Shown here piece after piece: positions 1 to 14,101 of a stretch of DNA of 64,000 nucleotides; position 1 is the first letter of the stretch; each line of letters starts with the position of its first letter. The stretch covers positions 152,830,001 to 152,894,000 of the forward strand of contig OZ024740.1 in assembly GCA_964016885.1 (NCBI GenBank), read 5' to 3'. A program made the translations under genes and the position numbers. Under the pieces are notes generated by a model. The model made no database searches. It had not been told where the DNA came from and saw only the letters and a list, made by a program, of their open reading frames with translations. This DNA comes from Eledone cirrhosa (taxonomy: Eukaryota).

Positions 1-890
1 ATAGGGGATTAGTGGAGGATAAGTGCGACGACGTTCTCGGGGAAACTCTAGGCATCGAGGAAGACGAACTGACCAGTCTGTTAGGGAGGACTTTCCGTCC
101 AGGGCCTATGGATAACTTCCAGAGGTGTCTGATCTGGCAGTGCTACCGAGGAGCTCTACCAGTTCGAGACAAGATCTCCAGGCACGGACACCCTGGCAGA
201 GATCCTGCCAAAGGACCTGTCCAAGATGCGAGCAGGACATCGAAACTGTTCTTCAAGCAATTGTTCAGTGCCCAGGGGTGACAGATCTGTAGAATTATGT
301 CGAACAGCTACTGTCACGTTAGGACGCATCCAGTTGGCAGCCGAGTTCATCGTGAGGATCACCCCGCCGCCTTCATTTAAGAACGAAGGAGAGGAGGTTT
401 TCCTCTGTCTGGTGGCTATGGCGAAAGTGGTAATATGGTGGACGAGGTTAAAAGGACTGAGGGCAAACATCTTTCTCTCAGGACAACAACTTATCCCCTT
501 CTTTAATTACCACTGCAGAAGGAAGGTGAGAGTGGAGAGACAGGTGCTACACCCCAGTAAATTCGCTGAAAGGTGGGTGAATGTGGTGAAAATGGACCGG
601 GTGAATGGGCCTTCGCTGTATATAAACCTGTAGGTTGATGAAGATAAACAGAGGGAAGACGGGAACACCTACAAAACGTGTTCCTGGTGTTGAAGGTTGT
701 TCTATCCACGGGTGTAAAACAACCCCGCAGTAGCGTACCCCCCCCCCCCCCAATGGGGATTTCAATTGTTCTATTTTTATATAGTTTATTGTTATTTATC
801 ATTGTTAAAGATTTTATGTAAAACCCCCGCCGTCATGTCTTGTAATGTCCCATTTTTGTACGCCCCTGTGGCAGATAAAGAAAGATATCT
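1..890 (+). mobile_element. 3' end of Tx1-type (L1 clade) non-LTR retrotransposon, family A; frameshifted ORF2 C-terminus plus 3' UTR
   Basis: ORFs 12..281 and 226..633 match the ORF2 C-terminus of the long copies in this window (GPMDNFQ..WQCYRGALPVRDK, WWTRLKGL, RVNGPSL). The 3' UTR ends ...gcccctgtggcagataaagaaagatatct. Confidence 0.9.
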
Positions 891-2571
891 AATTTGTTCG
901 TTTTATCACGCAAACATCATGCCAACAGAAATACTTATTTTTCTGTTGCACGAGCTGATAATTTTATGTGGTACTCTTAAGTTAAATCGCGAGTTGGAAT
1001 GGCTGTTCCAGGGCAATGTCTTCTCCATCCTGCTGGTCGGGGTCATGATGTGGACTGGCCCTTGAACAGTGATTGGTAAATACAGACCACATACTCACAC
1101 ATAAGAGAACAATATAACCGGTTTTATATGAATAAAGTTAATAAATTTCACTCACAAGGCATTGGTCAACATTAGGTTGTAGTAGAAGACACTTGCTCAA
1201 AGTGCCACACTTTTAGAATGAACACACAACCACATAGTAGTGGAGCAAATTCCTTAACCACAGCCATGATGGTGCCTATATAAGCTGACTTATTCAACAA
1301 GAAAGCTGAACGATTAACAATCCAAAAAGCGATAAGAGGAACACTTGATTCAAATGTGAAATGTTCACGTACATGCTATTTTCTACTTCATAAAGGTTTT
1401 AGTTTTATCAGAGAATATATGTATTTTTAATGTCAGAGTTAAATTCATTGTGTTAAACATGTGTATACTTACGGAGTAAATTAGATATTATATTAAAAGG
1501 TCGGATTCAAATTGTTCATCATCATCATCATCATGGTCATCATCATTATCAATTTACGTCCACCTTCCACGTTAGCATGGGTTGGACAGGTTGACACAGT
1601 CCGTGACTAGAAAGGTTGGCGTGACCTATCGTGCTCATACGTTCCATTTTTGTCATGGTTTCTATGGCTGGATGCCGTTCCTAAAACCAACTACGTTACA
1701 AGCTGTACAGGGTGCGTTTTTTTTTTGGGGGGGGGGGGGGGGATGTTCCATGGCACCGACACTAACACTTTATAGTATGTACTGGGTACATTTTATCGCT
1801 ACACCAGTACTAAAGAGGTTGTTACAGCCTCATCCATATTGAAGAGCCCGTCTGTGTTCGATCGCCAACACTGTAGCTTCTGGTCATTTAATGTTTGTGT
1901 CGCAATGCTTATTGTTGTATATTTGTGTCGTTGTGCTCGTGGCACCAGATAATTCACACTTTGAAACTTTTGCGTTGCAGGATGTTTTTGCTTGTCTTTA
2001 GAAGTATTGTAGTGTCAGAAGTGTTGTAAAAGTGTTGTCTTTAGAAGTGTTGTAGTTTCAGTGTCGTAAAGGAGAGCTATTCAATGCATACGTTTAGGCA
2101 TATCTTCCCCTTTCCTCAATCGTCTATTTAACGCATCTTCCACCTTTTTTAACCTTTTCACACAGCGTTTATTAGTCGGAGTAGGGATACTCTTTGTTGG
2201 GTAGGCAAATTCGTATAGATCTATAACCGACTCCATAATTTTTTTATCAAAGGTGATATATCATAAATCATATATGGATAACAATATTACTATGTAATGC
2301 GATCGTAATGTCATAGATTCGATTCTTTGACCAGTGGTGCGTCGTGTTCTTGAGCACATCACTTTATTTCACGCTGCTCTGAAAATGAGTATCAGCAGTA
2401 GCTGGGGTGAACCTTGCCATAGACTGGCGTCTTGTCTGGGGGTGGGGTCATTCTCAGTCGCTTAATGCCAATGAAACCTGGATAAGTAGCAGGCTGATGA
2501 GCCTCAGAGCTTAGGACAAACTTTTTTAATGCGTCGCTACACAATATAGAAGATTTCATATATGTATACCA

Positions 2572-2674
2572 GCCGAGGTTAACATTGCCTTTCATCCTTA
2601 CGTGGTCGATAAAATAAAGTACCAGTAATGCACTGGGGTAACTGCTGGCCTTGTGCCAAAAGTAGAGACAATTA
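2572..2674 (+). mobile_element. 5'-truncated copy of the abundant tRNA-derived SINE (Meta-domain-like core)
   Basis: Core gcctttcatccttacg.ggtcgataaaataaagtaccag and tail ggccttgtgccaaaagtagagacaatt; atatgtatac is duplicated on both sides. Confidence 0.8.
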
Positions 2675-3966
2675 TATGTATACATATAATTGTAAGACAG
2701 AGTGCTCAATACAATATTAGAATACAATTGATATAATATGATATAGTCTGTTGTGCAAATTTGGTTAAAAACCCAACACACAACAGTCGATAAACATAAC
2801 TGTTCCATACAAAAAACAACCCCGAACGTTAATGAAAAGACGCCCAATCTTACATGTATGACCAAAGCTGTTTGAGGGGGTAGAAAAAACTGCGTATTAA
2901 AAAAAATGGTAGATATAGAGTGTTTCCCTTGTGTGTTTAGGAGATGTCATAAGAAAATAAAATTAAAAAAAAGAATTGCTAATGAAAAATAAATAAATAT
3001 AAAATATAAGAAAATAGAGAAAGATAGAGTGAAAATAAGATTGAGATCTATAAGGAAATGTAGAGAGTCGCAAAGATTGTATTGAGTTCGGGAAGGTCAA
3101 TCAATGGGTAAAAAATACAAGATAAGGATCTAACTTTAGAGTCTATATTTAGATAATAGAGGGTGTGAATTTATAAATAGAGTGTGTGATAGTCAAATGT
3201 GAAATTTAATCTGGTTGTGATGTAATTTTCTAATACTTCGAGAGTAAATGATAGGCTTTAGTAAAAACCTCTGTGATTGGTTTTAGATAACATGCAAAAT
3301 TGTTCATGATTTTTTAGTTTAAGGCTCTTTTAAGCTTTGCATAAAACCAAATAATTCCCGTTTTTTTTTATCTGCTTTGCATAGCTCAATTGTCTTCTAC
3401 TTAAAATCAAAATCATTATCATGTTCTTTCAAAAGCTATAGACAGTGATTTTCGTTAGAAATGTGATAACGAAAATGTTTTGACTCAAAATATAAATTTA
3501 GAGGAATGTTAATATTTGACTAACTCCAGAAACATCGAAAGAAAGTAACAACGACAACAAAATATTTTCAGTTTTATTTCTATTACTTTCACTCTTTTAC
3601 AAGTTCCAACCAGTTGTGTGTGGTGGAATCACATGCTGGAGCACAGCCATCAAAAGAACAAGGAAAAGTTCACTGTAGTTAATATCTTCAAAACATTTAA
3701 TGACATTTCAACATACTTTCGATATCTGGAGAATAACAGCAACACCGAGAAAAACTTCAACACCAACTTCTGTATAATAACGACATCATCACCACACCAT
3801 TCCTCACCACACCATCACCACTGCCGCCGCTCCCACCACCATTATCATCATCATTGTCGAATAAAATGTCTTTAGTAAAATGTTAAACTGTGAAATCATG
3901 TTTGGTATTGACATCGAGGAAGGTGTCTCGACACAACTGTATAAAATGGGTGCATATTTATATATA

Positions 3967-4047
3967 CAGTGTGTCCCCAAAAAATATATACATACTTTTA
4001 TTAGAATGCTGTTAAAGAAGTGTGTATACATTTTGGAGGACACCTTG
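3967..4047. mobile_element. Tc1/mariner-type MITE (~80 bp)
   Basis: TA|CAGTGTGTCCCCAAAAAATATATACATACTT ... AAGTGTGTATACATTTTGGAGGACACCTTG|TA; imperfect ~30 bp TIRs with TA flanks. Confidence 0.7.
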
Positions 4048-4337
4048 TATATATATATATATATGTGTGTGTGTGTACAGGTGTAGGTTTAAATGAATTT
4101 TTAAAAAAAGCTATCAACACAATGTGGAAGTTCAGAATATTTGTATTAACAGTTTGACTTATTCGTACATTTCATATGGTTTCGTAGACGTAAACGCATC
4201 TAATTCTTGAGATGCGATCTGGACAATAATATATGATATTGTGAAATTCAATACTACAACGAAGATATATCACGGAGAAAAGCAAGGACACAAGTTCTCC
4301 TTTTAAAAAAGACCACATATATATATATAGTATATAT

Positions 4338-4396
4338 AGTAATAATAAATGTGAAGATTAAAATCCGAAGAGGGCTCGTTAAGGATTATATATATG

Positions 4397-4473
<77 letters not shown>

Positions 4474-4590
4474 AACCCGTAGAGCAAGTATTCATTATAC
4501 GTACAGATTAAAGTTTAAGCAAAGAATCGCTGCTTTCAACCTTTACAGGATCTTAGCGATTCTTTGCTTAAACTTTAATCTGTACATATA

Positions 4591-4667
<77 letters not shown>

Positions 4668-4958
4668 TTAGAGAATGTGTTAGTTCATCACCAACACTTC
4701 GGTATGCAGGGTAGAGAACTCGACGAAGTACACAAGTGGGTCTTTTTATTCCGGAGTATATTTATAAACATGAAGTAAAAGTCAACTTCGTTTATTCATA
4801 ATTGCTGTTATTGACTTGTACTTCATGTTTATATATATATATATTAAAATAACAGATTAAAAGTTTAAGCAAAGAATCGCTGCTTTCACCCTTAACGGGA
4901 TCTTCTGAAACTCGAGCCCTCTTCGGATTTTAGTCTTCATATTTATTATTATTACTAT
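4338..4958. repeat. (TA)n island with short fold-back fragments, probably PLE pLTR remnants
   Basis: Perfect 31 bp inverted repeat 4501-4531/4555-4585; second inverted repeat ~4763-4785/4811-4833; 4338-4380 is the inverse of ~4912-4958; the same sequence recurs at ~25500-25562. Confidence 0.65.
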
Positions 4959-4960
4959 AT

Positions 4961-5104
4961 GCTTTCTGGCATAGTTACGTCCCTTTATGGTCTGAGTTCA
5001 AATCCCGTCGAGGTTAACTTTACCTTTCATCCTTACGGGGTCGATAAAATAAAGTACCAGTAATGTACTGGCTAATTGCTGGCCTTGTGCCTAAAGTAGA
5101 AACA
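4961..5104 (+). mobile_element. SINE copy with 16 bp TSD
   Basis: B box gagttcaaatcc, core and tail present; TSD attattattactatat at 4945-4960 and 5105-5120. Confidence 0.85.
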
Positions 5105-5112
5105 ATTATTAT

Positions 5113-5148
<36 letters not shown>

Positions 5149-5502
5149 CTTTATAAAAGCAAGTCCCTTCTATATTTGATTTAATCAGTTATTTGTTTAT
5201 TATTATTATTCTTTTCTAAACTGTATTTGCTTTTCATCATTGTGGGAATAAATGCCAGTTGAATACTGGGGTTGATCTGATCGACTGTATTGATCAATAT
5301 TTGTGTCCTTCCTGTTACAAATAAGTATTGGTTTTGTTTTGTTTTTTTCGGTATTTTGTCTTTTGGTTGATAAGTTCACACACACATATATTTATTTATT
5401 ATTATTGAAAGGTGAAATAATTCACCATGTTTACAATAAATCGCTCGTTGTTCACCCCGACAATTATTACATACTTCAAGCTAAATTAAGGTCGCAACAT
5501 AC

Positions 5503-5826
5503 TTTGCTAGCAAATCTCTCCGGCTTTTCACCTTGATAAATAACAACTGTTGTAATATACTGCTTTGGGTTTATACCAACCGAATAAAAAAGAGTTGTTT
5601 TGTGCCAGAGCAGGGGTTCAAATTCAGGGAAGTCATCTGTGTTTCTGTAAACAACGATGCTTGACGAAGCACGTGATTTGGTAATAGTGAAAGTGAAATT
5701 GACCTGTTCTCGACTCCGTTCTACTGAGCTGTAGTTATATGAAACCACTTTATTTTTCGGTTGATCACCAGCAGTGTCGGGCGTCGACGGCCCACCCACA
5801 GTCAGCGTCAAGGATGTACGTTCCAT
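5503..5826 (-). CDS. Candidate orphan coding exon (108 codons, phase 0/0), product unknown
   Basis: Minus strand: ttttctcaccAG|ATGGAACGT...FASK|GTATGT. Exactly 324 nt, open, non-repetitive. No recognisable domain. Confidence 0.3.
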
Positions 5827-6395
5827 CTGGTGAGAAAATAATAGAAAAACGTTGATAAGAAAATATGTTAACATTACAAATAGTTTGGATTAGTTGTTCT
5901 GTGAGCACACTCGAGGGGGAGAGAGGGAGGGGAATTTGCGAAGCAACAGCAACGACAGCAACAAAATAATTGTGATGTCTTTATGATATTTATGAAATTA
6001 TTAATAAAAGGAATTATTCAATCCAATAAATTTATAGTTTAAGCAATTCATTTGTGGATATCGATATTTCTGTCAGTGGGAATTCTTAACACGAAAGCCG
6101 GTCAACAGAAAGTAAAATACGGAATCAACAATGCACACTGGCTCGCATTACAAGGTGTATCGAAGAAGATCAAGGCTGGATAACCGCCAAAGAGAAATAT
6201 TGGCAGAAGCAGAAAAAGAAAATATTTAATGTTAATTATCCTTTTATGGCATAACTACGATTTTTGGTTCTTTATAACTTTCTTAATAACGGTTTCTAGA
6301 TTAGAAAGTTAGCCAACATATTTAGAGGGAAGTAAAGGTCGAGTGAATCGACCCCAGTGCACGACTGGGGAAGGGCGAAAAGTAAAGTTGATTAT

Positions 6396-6613
6396 TGGAT
6401 TGGCAGCATCGGTAAAGCGTCAGACAACTTGGTTTGCGGCACAGAGTTACGGCTCTTTACGTTCTGAGTTCAAATCCCGCCAAGGTTATCTTTGCCTTTC
6501 ATCCTTATGGAGTTGATAAAATAAAGCACCAGTAATGCACTGGGGTAGATTTAATCGACTTTCGCCTCCCCCAAAATTGCTGGATTTTTGCCTAAATCAG
6601 AAACCATTATTAT
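6396..6613 (+). mobile_element. Full-length SINE copy
   Basis: A-box-like tggcagcatcgg, B box gagttcaaatcc, core, tail agaaaccattatt. Confidence 0.85.
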
Positions 6614-7852
6614 CTTTTTTTCCCCCCTAATTCATATTGTTGCAAAATGCGATCTCCAACTACAACACGGCTCCAACAGCCCAAAGTCAGCAGCTGGGAA
6701 GCCGCAAGCCTGCCCATCTAGCCAACTTGCTTAGAACGGAAGAAACTATTCACATCGCTATCCTTACACCGACTGTCTTTACTATGCCACTGACCTCAAA
6801 CCGACTGCTCTCGCAGCCACGGCCATATGATTGCAATCCCAATGTTAACCATTAGGCCATTGTCTTTTGAGTCATTGAAAGAGTTTTTACATAGCTGATT
6901 TTTAGCTCAGGCTAATACCAATTGAACAAATTTATGATGAAAGGTATTCCAGCTACGATTATCTGAGGTGTTTCTTCCAACATAGAGTACTGAGGACTCC
7001 ATAAAAGAACCCTATGTCTTAAAAATATAATTGCCCCTTTTGATACCAACCTGTCCAAAATTAACTCTGGTTTTATGAAACAAAACTACCCATTTTAATA
7101 GGTTCCTATTTAAATTGAAATTAAGTTACAATATTAGTAATGAAATAATTAATAATTTTTGTAAACCCCTCAAAATTCTTCATAGATTAATTCAATAGAG
7201 TGTATTTCAGTAAAAAATATGGTCCCAAAAAGGTTAAAATTGCCATAGGGGCTGCAAAGCTAGATCTCTTATTTACCAGGGGAAATGATCTTAAAATATT
7301 TGTGAGAGAAAGTAAGTACTTAGGACTAAATTTACCCAAAGTGTTCTCCTACCAGTTATACACTGGGTAATTGCTGGCCTTGTGCCAAAAGTAGAAACAA
7401 TTATTTTAAATGGTAGGGTGTGATTTGTGTGAAATTTGATTGCGATTTCTAGCAGTTGGAACAACCACGTTGAAGCGCCCTCATTGTTTCAGCCACTCGA
7501 TATAACACAGCAAACCTCCCCAAATAAGGATCCACCCAGTTATAAAATAATGGCTATGTATTTATGTTTCTAAATTGTTGTGCATTATGTCTTACTATCT
7601 AATGGCGTGGTGGTGGATTCAGTTATAAACATCAATGAAATTCACCATTCAATTGGTTACCACTATATCAGATTGAAATAACCCAACAACCATAACAGCA
7701 ATTATCTTACATGAGTCGGGTGCTACCTTTAGGCCAGCCAGGCACATCACTAAACATTAAAGGATCACAATTTTAGACACATTTGTATAATTAAATATAG
7801 ATATATATAAACAATGTTGTCTCTGATTGAGACGAAGCGAGAGTGTATTTGA

Positions 7853-8275
7853 ATACATATGAAAATGAGAAAACTTATCACTAGAACAACCGTTAAAACA
7901 GCCAAATACTGTCAAAGACAGAGATGGGCAAAAATGCCTCAGAGGGCAGAGACCAGTGACAAGTGACCAGTAGTCAATGGAGAGATAATCCACAAGGTGG
8001 GTAACAGGCAGAGGAAATATAGAAAAGGCTGAAAGAGGAGGAGGAGAAGAAGGAGAAGTGCACTGGTACACAGAAGTGACTAGAAGGAAATAAAAAAAGA
8101 TCATGTACAAGACAAGTTTACACACACACATCTCCACCCTATGGATCATCTCTCTGTTGACCACTGGCCACTGGTCCCTGTCCTCTGAGGCATTTTTGCC
8201 CATCACTCTCTTTGACAGCATTTAGCTGTTTTAACAGCTGTTCTAGCAATGAGTTTTCTCATTTTTATATGTATA
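7853..8275. mobile_element. MITE with ~150 bp diverged TIRs
   Basis: 7853-~8000 is the imperfect reverse complement of ~8133-8275 (e.g. gatgggcaaaaatgcctcagagg / cctctgaggcatttttgcccatc). Confidence 0.75.
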
Positions 8276-8749
8276 TATATAATAATTTCCTGTTATCAAT
8301 AGATAAATCACTAGATGCCTTTTCCACATAGCTGCTTTGTGGAAATATTCAGTGTAGTCAAATGTTGTTATGACCTGTTACAAGATTGGGCATGGGTGAA
8401 TGTGGACTGTGTAGCAGAAAATACAAGCTTAATAAGAAGTGTCAAAAACCAGGTTCATATATGTATATTTCATTGATGAAATATAATGTAAAAGAGTGAA
8501 AAGAAAACAACTTTGTTTAAATGACATAAGCATTTACTGTTGTCTTTGCACGCAACAATTACTTATGTGTGTGCATGGCTGCATACCTCCAGTTAAATAT
8601 TCTTTACCTGCGACTCCACTCAGTATGTTTACTCTCTTTTCAACCCATATGTTAATTCTCACTGTATCTCTCTTTTACTCTATCTCACTGTCTCTTTTTC
8701 TCTCTATGTAATGTCAAATATGACACTAAACACTGGACAAACCAACCAA

Positions 8750-9305
8750 CTTACCAATATCGGGACCTTGTTCACGAGTGATGGAAGGCGAGAGGCTGAA
8801 TTAAGTGCAAAAAATGCAAGAGCAGTAAAGTGCCAGCTTCAGTATTCAGTAATCAGAAGAAAGTAGGTAGGTGTAAAAGCTAAACTTTCTATCTTCAATT
8901 CAGTATCCATGCCAACTCTTACCTATGGTCATGAATCTTGGGTAATGACCAAAAGAATACGATTGGCCAAAATTGGGTTCCTCCAAAAGGTCCTTGGAGC
9001 AATGTTACTCGATAGAGTATTACCTTGGAAATCAGAAAGTCACTTCAGGTAGAGCCACTACATCTCAGAATTGAGAGATCACAGCTCCAATACTATGGGC
9101 ACGTGGTCAGAATGTCTGGACAGATTTTATGGGCAAAACCATCCAGCAGGAGACCCAAGAGTAGACCTTGAGCAAGATGGTTGGATAACATCTATGAGCT
9201 AGGCTGGTATCAATTGGGGATCCAGCCAGATCAGTTGGAGAATGTTGCTTCTAGCAGGACCCACTGGACTCTGTCCCCCACAACCCTCACAGGAATTAGT
9301 GGATA
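8750..9305 (+). pseudogene. Degenerate RTE-clade (Expander/Rex3-like) LINE, post-RT C-terminal region
   Basis: Interrupted translation gives LFTSDGRRE, KAKLSIFNS, PTLTYGHESWVMTKR, VEPL.LRIERSQLQYYGHVVRM, RPKSRP..RWLD. Confidence 0.8.
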
Positions 9306-9321
9306 AAGATCCTCAATATTG

Positions 9322-9374
<53 letters not shown>

Positions 9375-9470
9375 AACCAAAGGAACCAAAGGAACCAAAG
9401 GAACCAAATAAATATATATATTTTTTAAAAAAATAAGACTCCAGTTGCATTTTCGATTTCATCTCTTTTT

Positions 9471-9563
<93 letters not shown>

Positions 9564-9588
9564 ATCATCAGTATATATATATATATAT

Positions 9589-9930
9589 GGAGGCACATGG
9601 CTTAGTTAGAGCATTGGCCTTGCAATCGAAAGATTGTGAGTTCAATTCTCAGACTGGGTGATGTGTTGTTTCCTTGAGCAAGACACTTTATTTCACATTG
9701 CTCCAGTTTACTCAGCTGTAGAAATGATATGATAGGGACTGGGGTCCATATCATTCCACTGCAAAGAGGTCGTGGAGGTGCCATGGCAAAAAAGCACCCA
9801 GCACTCACTGTAAATGAGGTTGGTGTTAGGAAGGGCATCCAGCTGTAGAAATCAAGCCAGCATCAGTTCCCGCCCCACCCTTGCAAGCAGGGAAAAGGCA
9901 GACGTAAAATGAAATGATGATGAATGATGA
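9589..9930 (+). mobile_element. tRNA-headed CORE-like SINE with RTE-type 3' portion
   Basis: tRNA-like head (tggcttagtt..gagttcaattc), tccttgagcaagacacttta, ggttggtgttaggaagggcatccagctgtagaaa, (atg)n tail; ataccatcatcagtat is duplicated on both sides. Confidence 0.7.
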
Positions 9931-12224
9931 TATACCATCATCAGTATTGCAATATGTATATACAGTATCAATATTTATACAACATCACTTTCTCTTATTT
10001 TTCATCAAAGAAAGTTTTTCATCTTCTCTCTTGTAAAATTCATTCAGCTTTTCAATATATTCAGCAAAAAGAAATCTCTTCCATTTTGGCCTAATGATAG
10101 ATCCTCAGTTGGTTTCAATGATTCATATTCAGCTGTTTCATCAATGGAGCAGTCTCCTTGTGAAATTAATGTGTAAGTGGTTGAGTATTTGACAGACATG
10201 TATACCCTTAATGTAATTTTCAGAGACATTCAGAGACGTATGATAAGTTTAGGCCTTTGAATTGCAGGTAGTTTATCTGATAGGTTTCCATATAGTTGCC
10301 AAGTTGGGTCAACCTGGAGGTATGGCAAAGATATAGGATAGGAAAGTCCTGTAACTCCTGATGGAGACATAGGTGTGCCGTATATGGTGTTTCTTGTGCA
10401 TTTTAAGCTTTGTATGATTACAAAGTGAAATTCATAACCACTCATGTTTTAAGCATTTATTAATAAGTCTTATGGCAAATTGAACAGAATATCTTGTGAA
10501 TTTATTCCAACACTTCTCATATTAAGTTAAAATCCTACTAAGGTCAACTTTTTTTTTCATCCTTTCAAGATCAATAAAGTACCAAGCTATAATGGTGGAA
10601 TGGCAGAATTATTAGAGTATTGGACAAGATGTCTTGCTGTATCTGTCCTAACATTTTGCTCTGAGTTCAAATTCCATTTAGAAATTGGAATTACACAATG
10701 GGCAGGACTAATGACTTGATCATGGAACCACAACTGTTTATAGAAGCTGGAATGGGTGGAGGATGATTGTGGCCTTCTTCTATTGCAGTCAAATGATGAT
10801 GACAACGATGATGATGACAACAACAATGATAACAATAATGATCACAATGATTATGATGATTATGATGAGGATGATCATTTATCTAACCTTATAAATGATT
10901 TCAAATGATTCACTTGCACATTAATTTTAGCATTCCTCGCTTGAACAACAACATTATGATCCAAATTGATGCCGTAATTCTGCACTGAAAGGAATTGTAT
11001 TATCTATGGATATCTCTTCCATTTTACATTGTTTCTCGAGTAAGTAGGGATGTAATTGCTTGTTGTAGGTCACAGTGTAAGTTATAAAGAACTAAATACG
11101 TTCAACTATTACTGACCATTATATACAAGAGTGAAACATTTAGTAATGTATTGTTAAACAAGTATACAATGATGAATGTATTTATTTCTTTGAAATAATA
11201 AGCAGGAAGAGAAAAAATAGGAAAAAAATGGTGGTGGGGAGGAGAAAAATTATATAATATAATATCTCTACCATATCACCTAAATGAGATAAGAAAGCTC
11301 TACACCCATGGCTGGGTGGACAGGATGGTGAAATCATTGCCACAGAGAAGAACCAGCAACACATGCTCGTCAGCTTTTCCACCTCACTGGAGCTCCTTCC
11401 GCAGATAGAATGCATTCCTCCTTACAGCATTATCACTTTTTAGAGTGGATTTTTCTTGTGGCACCACCCACACTAGAAATGTTGTTTACTAGGCCAAATT
11501 GAGGAGTCCTCTCAAACATTGTCTCTGTTTGATTGCCAAATTCCTCTTATACTCAGCTCCCGCCAACCCTATTTCCAGAGAAACCTGCCTACATGCAGAT
11601 TGTAAATAATATATAAATAAATTAAATCATTAATTTATATATGATAAATAATATAGTATATACTATGTATAAATATATATTATGTAATTTTTATTTTACT
11701 ATATTTATATATATGTATCGTTTGATATTTAATATACTATTATATCATCTCTACCATATCACCTAAATGATAAAAGTGTTCTACCACTTCCAATGAGCCC
11801 TCTAAACACTTGAGAAAGAGTTTATTTCTTGAGTACCCTTCCTTTTGACTATTCCTGTGCAACTGTGCATTCAATATAGGCAATGAAATATTGACCATGA
11901 CCATTAAGACAAAATTAGTTAAATAACAACAGCAACCTCTCTGATTTAAGAATTATATTTAATAATGATTTTACTGTGACAGACTGCTTTGATATCCCAG
12001 AAATACAGAAACTAGGAACTGCATCAAGAATCCTGGTTTTGATCTGTGTCTAAAATAATATTATCTTTATACCACTAATGCCTTTTGAGAAAGATATGAA
12101 CACTTTACAATCTCATTTCTTTTCTCTATAAGCATGAAGCTAGGTGCTTATATAACGGCAATATTGGTACTGTTATCCTAATGCAAATGGTCACATAGTC
12201 TGTCTTCATTTTAGTGTATAAAGG

Positions 12225-12430
12225 GTATTGGATTGGCAGAATCATTAGACCATTGCTTTAGAGTATTCGATGCTGCTCTTTACATTCTGAGTTCAAATCC
12301 CACCAAGGTCAACTTGCCATTCATCCTTTTGGGTCAATAAAATAAAGTTCCAGTCAAATACTGGGGTTGATAAAATCAACTTTTACATCCCCACAAATTG
12401 CAGGCCTTGTGCCTAGATTAGAAATCATTT
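12225..12430 (+). mobile_element. Diverged full-length SINE copy
   Basis: tggattggcagaatc...gagttcaaatcc...ggccttgtgcctagattagaaatcatt. Confidence 0.8.
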
Positions 12431-12455
12431 TATTTTTAATATGAGCCCATTTTAA

Positions 12456-12686
12456 CCCTTTTGACCAACCTGCCCAAAACCATTCTTTGTTCTATGATAC
12501 AAAATTGTTCATTTTAAAGTGTTTATATTTATCTCACATCATATTTTTATGTAAGAATTTTGGTTCCAAACGCTAGATTAATAAAGAAAAAGTTATATTA
12601 GTAAATCCCTCAAATTCTTGATAATTTTCAAACTTATTTGAAAATCATAGGCAGTATCTTTCATTAGAAATATGGTAATGAAAGGG
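12456..12686. mobile_element. piggyBac-type MITE
   Basis: TTAA|CCCTTT ... AAAGGG|TTAA; related copies or fragments at ~7035-7237, ~13552, ~17600-17780 and ~63120. Confidence 0.75.
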
Positions 12687-12959
12687 TTAATAATTGCTGT
12701 AACAACTGAAAGGAGGGAAGGCAGGGTTTATTTACTGACGGTGACTTTGAGACAAGTAGAATAGGATCTTGGTGGGTCTATGAAGACCATGGGCAACACC
12801 CCTTGCTTCAGACCTAGCAAATAATTAAGTAAAAATATATTGTAGTGATTATAAAGATACAACTGAAGTATGCATTTAAGTGCGACAACCAGCAACACTA
12901 ATTTCTCATTCATTGACACTATGAATGGAATGGAATGGACCTCAGTTTGTTTCAACAAT

Positions 12960-13240
12960 CAGTGTTCCTGTTGGAACAGCCTGCTCATGAAATTAATGCG
13001 TAAATGATTGAGTATTTCACAGATAAATGTACCCTTAACATAATTCTCAGGGAGGTTCAGTATGTCACTATGTGTGACAAGACCCTTTGAATCACAGATA
13101 CAACTAATTTTGGCTAGCTTAATGGACTAGAGCAACATGAAATAAAGTGTCTTGCTCAAGGGCCCAATGTGCCACCAGGAATCGAACACATGAATTTAAA
13201 ATCATGAACCAAACATCCTAGCCACAAATCCAAATGCCTT
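12960..13240 (-). mobile_element. CORE-like SINE, second family
   Basis: Reverse of tRNA head and ttgagcaagacactttatttcatgttgctc; body shared with ~10150-10270, 13800-14010, 56590-56720, 58800-58960 and 62700-62960. Confidence 0.65.
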
Positions 13241-14101
13241 CTCAACTATTAAGTATAAATTTAGACACACATTGTCTCTTTTTGATTAGAGCCAACAAAA
13301 TCAAGAAGTTTTTCTTTTAATGCCCATTGTCTAATAAGCATGTTAAGACAGGCATATTGTAATAGCAATGCAGTTTGTCCTATATTTGACAAACCAGCAG
13401 TTGCATTTGCAATTATACTGTAATATATTGCATATTCATGTTCTTTTTAAATAACCTGTCTAACTTGATTGTCACAGCAATTAATGAATTTATGTTGACA
13501 ATCAGGTGATGAACAATGTGCTGGCATATATTGTTTTTAATTTTGGAAGCTTTAACTCTTTTGATACGAAACCACCTAAAACCATGATACAAAGCTGCTT
13601 ATTTTAAAGTGTTAGTTATCATGATGATCATCATCGTTTAACGTCTATCTTCCACGCTGGCATGGGTTAGACGGGAGTTGTCCCACTTGCTTCACAACCT
13701 CTGGGTTCAATCCTACTGTATGGTATCTTAGGAAAGTATTATTTTTCATAGCCTCAGTTCAACCTAAGACCTGTGAAGGAAATTATATAGACAGAAATTG
13801 TTTGGAAGCCCATCTATCAGATGAACTGTACCTCTAATTCAAAAGGCCAATCTTGTTACACACACACTGAGTCATGCTGAATATCCCTGTCGATTATATT
13901 AAGGGTACATGTGTCTGTGGAATGCTCAGTCACTTACACATTAATTTCATGAATAGGCAGTTCTGTTGTTGAACACCTGTAACACTAATCATCAAAACCG
14001 ATTGAGTTCCATTTCATTCCATTTCTTGTACCAAGTACTTTTGTGCCAGCTAGTCTGCAAAACATTCTTGTGCCAACACTGACCATTTGGTTTTAATTTA
14101 A

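Noticed and set aside
905-1090. Open minus-strand frame as a downstream exon of the 5.5 kb candidate
   Set aside because: No convincing acceptor site.
4870-4935. Hammerhead on minus (cagaaga..gaaagcagc)
   Set aside because: Core deviates from CUGANGA and there is no UH with stem III.
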